Source: Eledone cirrhosa
Lineage: Eukaryota
Length of the DNA stretch: 64,000 nucleotides
Direction of reading: 5' to 3'
NCBI GenBank assembly: GCA_964016885.1
Contig: OZ024749.1
Span: forward strand, 48,608,001 to 48,672,000
The position numbers and the translations under genes are program-made. This document shows, piece by piece, positions 1 to 13,562 of the stretch. Under the pieces are notes generated by a model that was not told the DNA's origin, made no database searches, and worked only from the letters and a program-made list of their open reading frames with translations. Position 1 is the first letter of the stretch. Every line of letters starts with the position of its first letter.

Positions 1-334
1 ATGAATATTACTAATAATGTAAAGAAATTTTAAGTAAACGAAAGTGTCGACACACGGACTATAACAATAAATATAATATGGCAATAGCTACAGCCATAAA
101 AGCGATCAGCATAACAGCAATAGGGCAATATATTTTAACTGAAAATAGAACTACGTTAGAAATAACACACAAAACATCAGTGGAGTTAGAAACACAAATA
201 ATGAGTTTGAGATCACCAGCAAACAACATCAATAAGCGACTTGGTAACCCTATACGCACTCATAAAAGAGTATAATTATACAGTGCATACACATTAATTC
301 AGAGTTGCTGAAACAAGCATCACACACACATATA

Positions 335-456
<122 letters not shown>

Positions 457-723
457 CACACAAACACACACACACATATATATATACATTTATATATCTG
501 TGTATGTGTGTGTGTGTATGGTAGTATACACGTATGTATGTATATTATTATAAACGTAACAATAACATTGTAATATGTGACTACTTAAATATAAATATTT
601 TTCTATCGACCTATCAGTTACCCTATTTCTCTCCACTCATAAACACACATACTCATACACCCCCCTGCACACCTCCATATATATATATATATGTACGTGT
701 GTGTGTGTGTGTGTATACATATA

Positions 724-796
<73 letters not shown>

Positions 797-2117
797 GATT
801 TTAAGAGATTATACATGTCTTGCTGGTGTTTCAACAAATGAAATGTGAAGAATAATGTAAATGGAAAAATTGTATTAACCTCCAGTATAGCATGCACCAG
901 TCAATTCATAACTAATATCTGAACATAACATGAAATAAACCTCCTTAATGCAAGATTGTACGCCTCTCTTGTAACATGAGTTGAATTAAAAACACACAGA
1001 AACGTTTGGAGAATGTGATCTTCAGAAAAATATCCGAGTATCACGAGTACATTATAAATCTGCTGGTAAAAAAAGAGATCTAAATTGCCGCGGTTTATTA
1101 AATATATTAATGCTCAGATATTGACTTCCGTATATAATCTATAATGCAAGTTAAGGAAAGTCTAATACAAATGTCTTCAATTCCTTCAAAATGTCATTGT
1201 TACTTAAATGTTCTATGCACTAACACTCTGGTTATACAATGAGTTGTTTGCACCAAAAATTAATTCCTGATTATTATCATACACTGATGAACACATTCGT
1301 TTTATTAACTGGTTGCCGAATTAAAATCGTCTCATAATATATTTAGTTACAGATATTTATCATGTATAATACGTATTATTATGAATGGAGCGTTGAAATG
1401 TTTTATATTCCAGGTACTGTTTTGGATTAAGAGATAAATATAAGTTTCGTAATAACTGAAGATCAATAGCATTAATATTTGATATTAACGTACGACTATT
1501 ATTTATTTTAGTTTAAATACCAATGCACTCTGATTCACATCCATATAATAGGCACTGCGTTCATATGCTGCTTAAGGAATTCAACAGATTTTACATTTGA
1601 AAAGTATCTGCGCGTGAAATAAGAATATAAAAAAGCATAATAAAATAAAAATGAATGTGAAAATGGGCGGGGGTAAAATACATACATTGGTGATGTATGG
1701 ACACAAACAACATGTTCATATGTATTATTTTACAAGATACAAGAATAGATTTTAAAGAATTAGTGAATGCGTGTGATTGTGCTACACCTTGGTGTCTCTT
1801 GTATATAATTCCAATATAACTAAAAGCGTTTGTATGGCTCTGAAACTACCATAAATATGAAAGCTATTATTCACTCAACACACAAGGAGTTATATATTTG
1901 CTTTCCTTTGATCCGCCCGAAAACGAATATATATATATATATAGAGAGAGAGAGAATTATTTAATATACATATTTTTTACATATAGTATGATAACTAGAA
2001 AATATAATACAATATAATGCAAGGACATCTACAATATAAAAAACATGCACACACACACACAGACACATATACGTGCCGCCCATCTATCTATATATATCTA
2101 TCTATCAATATCTCTCT

Positions 2118-2243
<126 letters not shown>

Positions 2244-2732
2244 AGCTATGTAGAAACGAATTTTATTCACCTCATAAAGCTTCTGATGTGTTACGCCATA
2301 CTCCGCTATCAATATGATCACTATTCACGTAGAATATGATAATATGCCAAGTTTATAAGAAATACAAGGAAATCTATTTCATCGAACACATAATTCTAGA
2401 AAAAACAAAACAATATTGTATGGATTTCTTCAGATGTGACAAAATATTTCTCTGAATTGATATCAATTGATTACTATATGCATCTTTATAATCAGAGATC
2501 AATAAACCAGTTACACACCAATACGTTGATGTTAGTATATGTGTGTACGTATATGTATCTATGTCTATCTATGTGTATGAATGTAAATATACAATTCTCT
2601 CTGTGTGCGCTTATTCAATATTTGTTTCTACCAACACGTTTATATCCATACTTTGATGAATATTTGTTTCTCTGAAATAATCTGTCATTCTCCGAATATA
2701 TATGTATGAGTCCTTGTGTGTGTCTGTGTGTG

Positions 2733-2833
<101 letters not shown>

Positions 2834-3563
2834 CATATATATAAAACTATCCCTATGAGCTTGAGTATATGCGTATGTTATATGAGATTAATGTGTATGG
2901 ATACTTCGAGTGAATATTTCTTCACTATTAACGTAACAACCTTTCCATTAACATATCTATTTTAAACTTTGTTATTACTAAACATTGTTTTATCAATGAA
3001 GATAATATAATTAATTATTCAAGATTACATTCTTCTCTGACGCAGTGTTATTAATTCTAAAATATCTGTACATACAGACACAAACCTGCATACTCACATA
3101 CACTCAGCTAATTAATGTAAATTTACAGTTTAGATATACGTTCCAAGTTTCTCAGTCACTAATCTTCTAAATGGTTCTCGTTAAAACTAATCAATCCGAT
3201 GAAATATATACAAAAACATTTCTAATTTGTTTATCAATTATGGAATAAAAGTTGTAGTTATATATTAATTCATTTTTGATTATACATATTTCGTTTCTAT
3301 ATGTTTCCGGATAATAATTTGAATTTCATCTTCCGACTACCTTCGTGATCATATTTTTCACGCCACTCCGGTGATCTAGCGGCAGAAACCCCAATCACAG
3401 ACATCTTTCTCATATCCGAAACCAGAAATAAACTGCACATACGCACTCACATTCATGCTTATATATATATATGAATATATATATATATATAAATATATAT
3501 ATACATATAAATATTTATATACATATATACATATATATATATATTATATCTATCTATATCTAT

Positions 3564-3806
3564 CTAAGGCGGGTAAAATTCCCGAGATCCATGGACGAGT
3601 TCTCTCCAGCGGTCTCTGTACCTCATTATCGCTGCCATGTCCTGCATCTCCAACAGACCAGTGTCTGTCCTTAGGGCATCAGCATACGTTAACCTTGGTC
3701 TTCCCCTTCTAGTGTGTCCATGTAGGGGCTCCCAAAGGAGTACTGAGTGCAATGCCAACTCTGGATGTCGGTGAGCATGTCCAGCTAACCTCAGTCTCCT
3801 CTGTGT
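3564..3806 (-). mobile_element. RTE-clade LINE, 5'-truncated 3' end (copy 1)
   Basis: Minus strand encodes [47 protein letters not shown]...DRWRELV, a typical RTE ORF C-terminus. The stop is followed directly by a TA-rich tail. Near-identical to 25533-25778. Confidence 0.9.
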
Positions 3807-3841
3807 GTATGCTTACATTCACATATATACATATGTATGCC

Positions 3842-3879
<38 letters not shown>

Positions 3880-3924
3880 AATATATATATACATATAAAA
3901 ATATATATATATATATACATATAA

Positions 3925-3964
<40 letters not shown>

Positions 3965-4036
3965 GTATACATTTAGGCATACATATGTATATATGTGTAT
4001 GTAAGCATACATACACATCCAAACACAGACATATAC

Positions 4037-4181
<145 letters not shown>

Positions 4182-4341
4182 GCCTAATCGTTTTTGCTTT
4201 TCGATTCTGGATTGTAAAAACACCGTCTGTGAATTTCGTGATTCACTTCGTATGTCATGGGAAGAACGAGATATCTGACGTTTCTGGGTCTTCTAACCGT
4301 CTGCCAGGAAGAAAATTTTCGATCTAGAGCTCTAAAACTTT

Positions 4342-4372
4342 GTTTCCATGGCGACGAATGAGATTGACGTCA
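4342..4372. promoter_or_regulatory. RFX X-box-like motif next to a full CRE palindrome (candidate only)
   Basis: GTTTCCATGGCGAC at 4342-4355 and TGACGTCA at 4365-4372. Motif match only; no downstream gene identified. Confidence 0.3.
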
Positions 4373-4699
4373 CATATATTGTCTGATATTTTTCCTTATT
4401 TCGTGCTATTTTCTTCAGCAATCGGTTTGCTTCTTAGCTTGTTGATATCATGTTGTTTACAGTCAGTACAAGCTCTAGATCTTATGTTATCTTAATTTAT
4501 TAATTAGTACTTACTTTCTTTGTTTTTGCACTGTATTGATTGTAGTCTCTAGGTCCATCAAATTTGTTGTCGACTATTATCGTCCTCTTCATCAGAAGTA
4601 ACCTTTATCGATAACATTCCCTCTTTCTTACACACCATTCACACAAGTTTTCTATAACCATCTCTATCTTTAACTCTTTGTATTTCTGTATATATATAC

Positions 4700-4748
<49 letters not shown>

Positions 4749-4828
4749 TGTATATGTATATACATATATGTATGTATATATATATATAGTTAAAATAATA
4801 GAGGTGTAACACACAAGTTATTATATAT

Positions 4829-4968
4829 TGGTAAACGGAATAGAAAATGCTGACAAATTGTTCACAGTTGAAAAATGGTTTAATTAGGAATAAAAGAGTA
4901 CTCTTTTATTCCTAATTAAACCATTTTTCAACTGTGAGCAATTTGTCAGCATTTTCTATTCCGTTTGC

Positions 4969-4970
<2 letters not shown>
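4829..4970. repeat. 142-bp spacerless palindrome (probable folded-back PLE tail)
   Basis: 71-bp arms with 2 mismatches, centred on GAGT|ACTC (4899/4900). Abuts a (TA)n array. Confidence 0.9.
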
Positions 4971-5029
<59 letters not shown>

Positions 5030-5216
5030 TATTGAAGTGAATTTTACTTGAAGCATTGTGGAATAATAAGGTAAATTTCTTTAAGTCGTTTTGAAGCCTC
5101 GACAATGCAGATGGGTAAATCTCCGGGTAACAAGATCCGGTGGTGGAGAGAGAGATGTAAGTGGGTGTGCGTTGAGATGTGTGGCGTGTAGAAGACTGCA
5201 GCGTGTAGAAGAATTA

Positions 5217-5248
<32 letters not shown>

Positions 5249-5251
5249 CTG

Positions 5252-5306
<55 letters not shown>

Positions 5307-6177
5307 AATGTACATATAGTGTATAGTTCTTGTATCTCTGTGTGCGTGAACAGTTGTGTATATTGTAGCAGTATTTATTTATATATGTGTGTATAAGTTC
5401 CTTTTTTTTCTTTATCATGCTTATCACAGGTAGTTACATGTGTGACAGTGTTTTACATGAGAGATTTATTTTTTTAGTTGAACCTTATAATCACCACATA
5501 GTTGCCTATTCTCTTATTTTGCATGAGATATATGAATTGCAAGGTCATATACAACCCCATTTCATAAAAATATATTATCTACGAATGAGATGTGAAATAG
5601 CGAGAACCGTAATAAAATGCTAGTCAATAATTATTATAACTGACAACTATTCTTAATCTGCACTGATCATCAGTCCGATATCGTCATATTGCAGTTCCTG
5701 TATTCTTCTTAATTTCCCACTCACTTTCTCGTTGTATGTCTCTCTTTATCATTCATTGTAACGCATTATGTCCCCAAAATATCCACGTTCTCTATCTCAT
5801 ATTATAATCTGAAACCAAAATCTTACTTCAGCGAGCAATAACGACAACGTAATTACAGTTATTCAACAAACACTTTTTCTCATTCAAAATTTAAAACATT
5901 CCAAGCAACGTGTTTTCTATTGGAAATGGTACTTTGAAATGATATCCAGAAAACAAGTCAAACCTATTTCAAAGAATTATGTCTGTGTTTTTTTCTTTAT
6001 TCACTCTTTCATGCACGCAGAATATTTCAGCTAATTGACAATACAATATATAGAGAGCCTAGCTCACATATATTGACACGTGTATATTCTAGAAGCCATT
6101 AATTTTTAGTTCCACACATACACCCATCCATTCCCATTGTACATCTCTCAGTATATCTCCTACCTTATACTTATTCG

Positions 6178-6270
<93 letters not shown>

Positions 6271-7099
6271 TATAGGGATTCTGAAATAAAACGTGGATGA
6301 TGCAATCGAAAACTATTAAAATAATCTGACTCAGACATGACAAATACATCGACTCTTGTATGAATCAAAGTATGGCAATTGTGTGCTTTAACAACTATGC
6401 TAAAAAAACAATGTAATCTGATTGCGTGTAATCTGATTGCTGGTGTCCCTATTCAATGTTTTCTTGTCCATGCAATCTCTTCTGACATGATTAAAATTCA
6501 ATGAAACTAATAATTGAGAAGAATGTGAGTTGGCGTTTTAAGACTCTGCTATTGTAACTCGAGAAAACAAGACTGCGGCTGTTTAACCTACATCCTCTCC
6601 TAATTGCTAGTTTTCCGTAAGCAGTTTCTCAGTAATTTATATTGCTAAATGTTGAGCAACGCATCTCTGATGCCGGGGTGACGTATATGCAGTGTATATG
6701 CTCATAATTGATATAGGAGATATTGTGGTATATCAGTTCGAGTGTTCGTCCTGGCCGCCTTGTACAAGAACTAGACTAGCTGGAACAGTGGGTTGAAATT
6801 TGTTAACAAGGTGTTTCTCAATTTACAGAATAAAAAGTACATCAATTTTTCAGTAGAAATATAACGCAGTTGGCAAGAAATACCTTCAATCGTTCGAGGA
6901 TGAAAAGCTGAGAGTAGAGATGTCTATGGCTGCCAGGTGTGCTCTACTTAGGACACTAGGTTAGATTGGGGAGGGACTCTCCTACACCTAAAGAAGTGTG
7001 CTTGTGGAATAGTTATATTCCCTAAACGTATTTGTTAAAAATACCCGTATAATTACTGTGGATATCAACCTGTGGTGTCATAGGGGAATAGCCATCAAA

Positions 7100-7335
7100 C
7101 ACTAATTCGATCGGATCCTGTCATAAAAGAACTTCGTCCTACTGATCCAGCTGGATCCCCAAGCGCGACCAGTGTAGCTTATCGACGTTATCCAACCTTC
7201 TAAATACAAGCCCATAGTATTGGAGCTGTTATTTCTTAATTCGGCTTAATAGCGGCGCTACTTGGAGTAACAATCTGATACCCGAGCTACGTACTTTATC
7301 GTGTGAGGCTACCCCCACTACCCGTCGGTAGATCG
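7100..7335 (-). mobile_element. Degenerate RTE-clade LINE C-terminal fragment (second RTE family)
   Basis: Minus strand reads YRRVVGVASHDKVRSSGIRLLLQVAPLLSRIKK*QLQYYGLVFRRLDNVDKLHWSRLGIQ. This matches the RTE motifs LRRVAG..LRDRVRSS.IRE.L.VEPLL and W.RLGI, with stops and an internal deletion. Confidence 0.7.
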
Positions 7336-7894
7336 ACTATTCAGGTAATTCGGTTGTATAATAAACTGGAAATTATTTTGCTTAAGCACTATACTCATTG
7401 CAAAAATAATCAACAGTAATACAAATATACTGAATGTCTACATTAACAGTTGATTCTGTTCTTTAGTATAGGCTGTACACAAACTTATATAATGATTTTA
7501 CATACATACAAACACAAACATATATATATATGTATGTGTGTGTGTATGCATATATGCATATGTATGGGTGTATGTATCTGTGTCTGTGTTTGTGCCTGTA
7601 TGTGTCTGTGTGTGATGATATATATTCATACTTATGTTGATATGAGTTTTCCTTTATGATTGCAGTCAGGCCCGGAACGTAATTACTTCCGCTGAGACGG
7701 AGATAAATCTCTCCGTTATTTAAAATACTAAGGCTAATTCACTCTGTTGATATAAAAAAAAGAAAGACAAATAAACACATTTCATTTGACGATATATTAA
7801 AGTAGACGATATGGGCAATTATTAGGTAATAGCTTTAGTATACCAGCGATAATTTTGTTATCATTGTTTTTATTAAAATTACCTCTGGTATACA

Positions 7895-8442
7895 GGCGGT
7901 GGATCAGCAGAATGGTTCTAGAGTCGGACAAAACGCCTTGTGTTATTAATGCCAGTTCTTTAGGTCCTGGAGATAAATCTTCCCGAGATCAACTTAAGCT
8001 ATCATCTTTATGAGGTTGATAAAATAAAGTAACTCTAATTCGAAATGGCCGGCCTTGTATCTAAATTAGATAGCATTAATAAAATCAATTTTAGAGGGGG
8101 TTATTAGCAGAATATTTATGAATAGATTGTGGTATATTTAATGTATTTTATATGCTGAGTCCACATGATTTCAATCTGAGTTTTCCTATCATGGTTACGG
8201 ATTCGATGAAATGAATTGCCAGCAGTCTACTGAAGTCAATTTACGCGATTATATCCTTCCCTTCAAACTACATTGCTGTATAGATTTGCGGCTCTTTTCC
8301 TTCTGAATTCAAATCCCTCCGAGGTTATATTTCATCCTTACGCAGTCGATGAATAAAGTACCAGTAACACACTGGGATCAATTAAATCGACTTTCCCCTT
8401 CCACACAATTTTTGACCTTCTGCCTAAATCTGAAACCAATAT
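7895..8442 (+). mobile_element. Cluster of three old, degenerate tRNA-derived SINE copies
   Basis: Recognisable SINE segments at ~7895-8078, ~8095-8255 and ~8274-8442 (e.g. TTCAAATCCCTCCGAGG...CATCCTTACGCAGTCGATGAATAAAGTACCAG). Confidence 0.7.
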
Positions 8443-10263
8443 TAATATTCAATGAAACTTCCTTTGCATTCTGCTTTTTTCCCAAATCATGTCAAGTGAC
8501 AAACTGACAGCTAAGGCGAAATTTTGCAAATTTACATGTGTACACACATCAGAAAATGATATTGCAATGTTTTATAATTAATTATGCAATTCTCATGACA
8601 TGTACAATTTAATAGATTTTCCCTCCCCAAAATTTGTTGGCATTATGCATAAATCAGAAAACATCGTAATTATTATTATCAAATTTCCATTAAATAACAA
8701 TTGGTAATAGTAGCCGAATAAAAACACACACATATATATATACATACATATATATATATGTGTGTGCATGTGTGTGTGTGCATGTGTGTGTGGATATGTA
8801 TGTGTGTGTGTCTGTCTGCGTCTGTGTGTGACTATGTAAGTGGTTGCGGATGCGTGTGTGTTTAATTGTGTGCGATTAAGTGTTTCCCGTTCGGACAAAT
8901 ATTTTTTGAACAAGTTCCTAGTGGAAAACGAAATATGGAACCTCCGAATTAACTCAAATATTCATATTCCACTAGCAATGTAAGTAGATATAATGGTGGT
9001 TTAAACTTCGGCACAGAAATCATGAAAATTTATATACATCTATAATTTTCACATATATATTTAATGTTTTACTTCATATGATAGCTATCAACTTGAAAGG
9101 AGACGCGTGGAATATATTTATATTATAATACTAAAATATATAACGAGTCCTTTTAGAAAATGTGGTAGATGTTTACTTTGGGAAAATGTTGTGCGCGATC
9201 TTAGTTATTATGTTAGTGGCTCTGTCATTGAATTTAGTAGGTTATGGATATTTGAATCAAAACTTCACTTCACATCGTACTGCTTTAGAGTTGTCCAATC
9301 TCCATGAAAAGACGAAGTGTATGCGTAGAGGATTTGATCGTTTAAGAGAATGTACTAGTAGCATACAATTATATAACCTCTGCAGATAAAAAGAATAAAA
9401 ATTGTATGACAAACCTAAAATGAAATAAACAATATCTAAGAAGTAAGAACGATAAACTATATATGGCGCCTCCCGCCTCCTCCAAAACTGATATAAATGA
9501 TGTAAAAAGAACATTTTTTCTATGAAGACATAAAAATATAAGAAGAGAAAACATATTACGAAAAATAATAATAAAATGAGTAAAAGGATATAGAAACAGA
9601 AGTCCAAAGAGAAGTTGAAGAGATTTGGAAGAAAGACAAGGTAAAGAGTTTGAAGAAGCTGAATATGTGTGTATGTATGTAAAATTCGTGATAGTAAGAG
9701 TAGTAGTACTACCCGTGTTATTAATGTGGCACTATATATGTTGTAATGCACTTACGAATAATAATAATAATAATAATAATATTAATATTAATAATAACAA
9801 TAAGAAAATAAAAAAATGTAAGAAAATGTGAAATAAAGAATATGAACAAAAATAGATTATGGAAGAAATAGAAGTATAAAACATTAATAAAATAAAATTA
9901 TATGAAATATATATGGCATTTATTTTGGAATGTCGACTAAAAGGAAACATATTCTGTTCATTGGCCATTTCATATATGAATAAACAACGTATTTTGTGCT
10001 TCATTTATTGGTTTTATGGAAATAACATTACACAAAGTTGTGGAATGTTATCGTAATTTTCATATGGAAATATAATATATTAAATTCAAACGCATTTCAT
10101 ACATGTCTATCCATCTACTTCTCTCTCCCATTTTCTGTCAATATGTCTCCCTCTCCGTCTCTCTCAGTCTCTCTCTCTCTCCCACTCTTTATGTCTCTTT
10201 TTCCCAATATATAGACACACGCACAAAGACATTGTATATATACATACACACACACACACACAG

Positions 10264-10389
<126 letters not shown>

Positions 10390-10394
10390 TTATA

Positions 10395-10438
<44 letters not shown>

Positions 10439-10439
10439 C

Positions 10440-10482
<43 letters not shown>

Positions 10483-10796
10483 TATATTTATATATACATA
10501 TAGGTTAGATGCATACACATTTGTATGTGTACGTACGTGTGTGTGTGCGTCGGCGTATGTGTGTCTATATGACTTCCTTATATGTCTCCTCAAAGTCTTT
10601 AACACCTTTACAGATTATTGATCTAGTTTTGCAGGTGTTTAGACCCTTAACTCATGTCTTTTTTATTATCACTCATCGATACACAACCACACACCAAGGT
10701 TCACACGCCCACATTTATACATACACACACACAAGATGTGTGTATGTATAAAAATATATGCATGGTTATAAATAAGTAAATACATACATACATACA

Positions 10797-10833
<37 letters not shown>

Positions 10834-10892
10834 GCACACACGCACATATACACACACACACACACACGCACACACACCCCCACACACACACA

Positions 10893-10988
<96 letters not shown>

Positions 10989-11610
10989 TGTATATGTGTG
11001 TGTATATATAATCATATAGTTATATGCACATACATATACGAATCTATTGTATATCAATATATGTATGTGTGGTGTTGTGTGGATATGTTTGTGTATCATA
11101 TGCTGGAAGTGTCAAAGTGGCCAATATTCTGATACTTACGAGACGAAAGGGAAATATTGTCGATAGAGAAATAGTCAATCAATTCATGATATCTAACATA
11201 TCTGTCTCTCTCTTTTATGGTGCCTAATGAAGAATAACGCTATGGGGCATATCTCGTGTTCCTACACAGGATATCGGGTTAAATCAGAATATATTTTCAA
11301 GAGAAGAAAACGTGCTTCCCGTGCTTTATCAAATGAGTCACGACTGATTTAAGTTCTTTGCCGAAGGAAAATATGTGAAATACTTTTAACAGATTTTGAA
11401 TAATGAATTCAATGTTTAAAACATTGGAAATATGAGGCCATTCTTTTTTCAGATATTATATTCTAATAAAAAAATGTTCAACCATATCTTCTGATATAAC
11501 TATATATATGGATAAGGGTTATTTCGGAATGTTCATAGAGGAAAGAAAGAAAGTACGTTCCATGATTGATATTTTGTGAATGTCTCAATTACTATATTAA
11601 TATTAATAAT

Positions 11611-11799
11611 TGTTTCTACTTTTGGCACAAGACCAGCAATTATTCCAGTGTATTACTGCTGCTTTATTTTATCGACCCCATAAGGATGAAAGGCAAAGTT
11701 AACTTCAGCGGTATTTGAACTCAGGCCATTCAGAGCCGTATCTCTTTGCTGCAAAGAATGGCGTCAGACCCACTACCGATACTGCCAATCTACCACCCA
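11611..11799 (-). mobile_element. tRNA-derived SINE, full length, with 15-bp TSD
   Basis: A box TGGCAGTATCGG, B box GAGTTCAAATAC and the central TTTGCCTTTCATCCTTA.GGGGTCGATAAAATAAAG domain. TSD ATTAATATTAATAAT at 11596-11610 and 11800-11814. Confidence 0.92.
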
Positions 11800-11814
11800 A
11801 TTAATATTAATAAT

Positions 11815-12030
11815 GGTTTCTGATTTAGGCGCAGTGCCAACAATTCTAAGGGGCGTGGAAAGTCATTCAAAGCAACCCAAGTGAATTACTGTTATTTTCT
11901 TTTCTTGACTCCTAAAAATAAAAGGCAAAGCTAATCTTGGTGGGATTTGAAATCAGAATGTAAAGGGTCGTAACTTTATTCCAGAAAGCATAATATCCGA
12001 CACCCTAATCATATTGCCATTCGACCAATA
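11815..12030 (-). mobile_element. Older SINE copy (long subfamily)
   Basis: Degenerate match along the full SINE length. The younger copy inserted into its tail. Confidence 0.75.
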
Positions 12031-12456
12031 GTAATAATAATAATATTAATAATGGTCTCAGGTTGAAACTTGGAGTGATTTGGGAAGGAAGCATAATTAA
12101 GTGGATGTTTCAAATAATAAAAATAATAATATCTTTCATTTCTGTCCCCATGGCTCGCTTGAAATTAGAGCAATTATTACTCTGTGAACGGAAATTCGTT
12201 TTGAAATACGGACCACGGTTAGACATAGCTCAGGATCGACTCAGGAAAGTTAATTCTTAACGTGCGCGAAGCCCTGTGAGTGAAATTTGGTCGACTGCTC
12301 ATCGGACAGTCACTTTTAGTGAGGTGGCAAGCTTAATATGTTGCTCGATGTAAAACTAAAAATAAGAAGCTGGCCGAAGAACAGAAGATTGAGAAGAAAG
12401 AGGAAGAGGAATAATAACAATTCTAAACAGAATTGAAGTCTGTGCGATTTAAATAA

Positions 12457-12590
12457 CTGTTTCTACTTTAGGCACAAGGCCAGCAATTACCCAGTGCATT
12501 ACTGGTACTTTATTTTATCGACCCCGTAAGGATGAAAGGCAAAGTCAACCTCGGCGGGAATTGAACTCAGATCGTAAAGGGACGTAACTA
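12457..12590 (-). mobile_element. tRNA-derived SINE, 5'-truncated
   Basis: CAGTGCATTACTGGTACTTTATTTTATCGACCCCGTAAGGATGAAAGGCAAAGTCAACCTCGGCGGG, near-identical to other copies. Confidence 0.92.
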
Positions 12591-12991
12591 CCCCACCAAT
12601 CCTGAACCACCCTGCGCTTCTAGGGCACCCAGGGAGAGCACCCAAATAACGAAAGGTATTCTGTCTTCCTCTTTAACAATTCTCCCAGTCCAACACGCCG
12701 TTTTACAATTTTAATAATGGGAATATTGTAAAAAGTCCACAAAATATGTTAGAAAAAGGCAGAAGTATATTGAAGACACAAAGAGAGATATGTGAATAGG
12801 GCTTAAGGTTTATAAGCTTTCAATGAAGTATATGATAATATATTTATTGTCTCTTAGTTGTCATCGTAAAAGAATAATATCTATGAACTGTATTTTACTG
12901 GACGAATTTACTCTTAGAAGGCCAAATACACAGGGCTTTCATATTGGCTATTAGGCTTAATATCTTAAGTTTTAATATTATATATGATATA

Positions 12992-13078
<87 letters not shown>

Positions 13079-13444
13079 ATTTGTGATAATATAGCTTGTG
13101 GAATACAAAAGGACGAGGCGATAATATTCTGAAAACACTGAATAATCTACGGAAGCTATGGGGATTAAACATAATAATTATCTTAATGGAGAATGGCAGA
13201 AAAATATTATTTTTGTTCATGCTAGAACTCGCCTACCTAAATTGATATCTTCCTATTTTGAGACATTCAAATTCTATATTTTTTATGTTCTCTCTTCCAG
13301 AAGTTGGAATGACTTTTGGTGTTTCAAACTCTTAAGTTAAGTGTTACACTCTAGAAATACCAATTATAAAGATGTAAGTGCTATCTGCAATATATATTAT
13401 TTAATGTGGCAGGACATAAAATTAAATTACCAGAGATAATTATA

Positions 13445-13562
13445 TTTTGTTACTGTTTTCAGTCATTGATCTACAGGTTTTTAGCCGGTCAAATTGACCT
13501 AAGCACTTAATTCAGCCCGATATTTATGTTATAAATCTTAATTTGTTGAATGTATAAGTTGC
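13445..13562. mobile_element. Degenerate fragment of a second octopod short interspersed repeat
   Basis: TTACTGTTTTCAGTCATTGA...AAATTGACC..AGCACTTA resembles, from memory, another abundant octopus SINE. Single degenerate copy. Confidence 0.35.

Noticed and set aside
3300-3430. Minus-strand peptide DMRKMSVIGVSAARSPEW resembling a LINE endonuclease N-terminus
   Set aside because: The catalytic SE.RW motif is absent, so the similarity is too weak.
4560-4600. Minus-strand CTGATGA-AGAG-GAC...GTC-GACA as a hammerhead, and a possible exon ending at a GTAAGT donor near 4514
   Set aside because: GAAA is altered, helices I and III do not form, and all three frames of the candidate exon contain stops.
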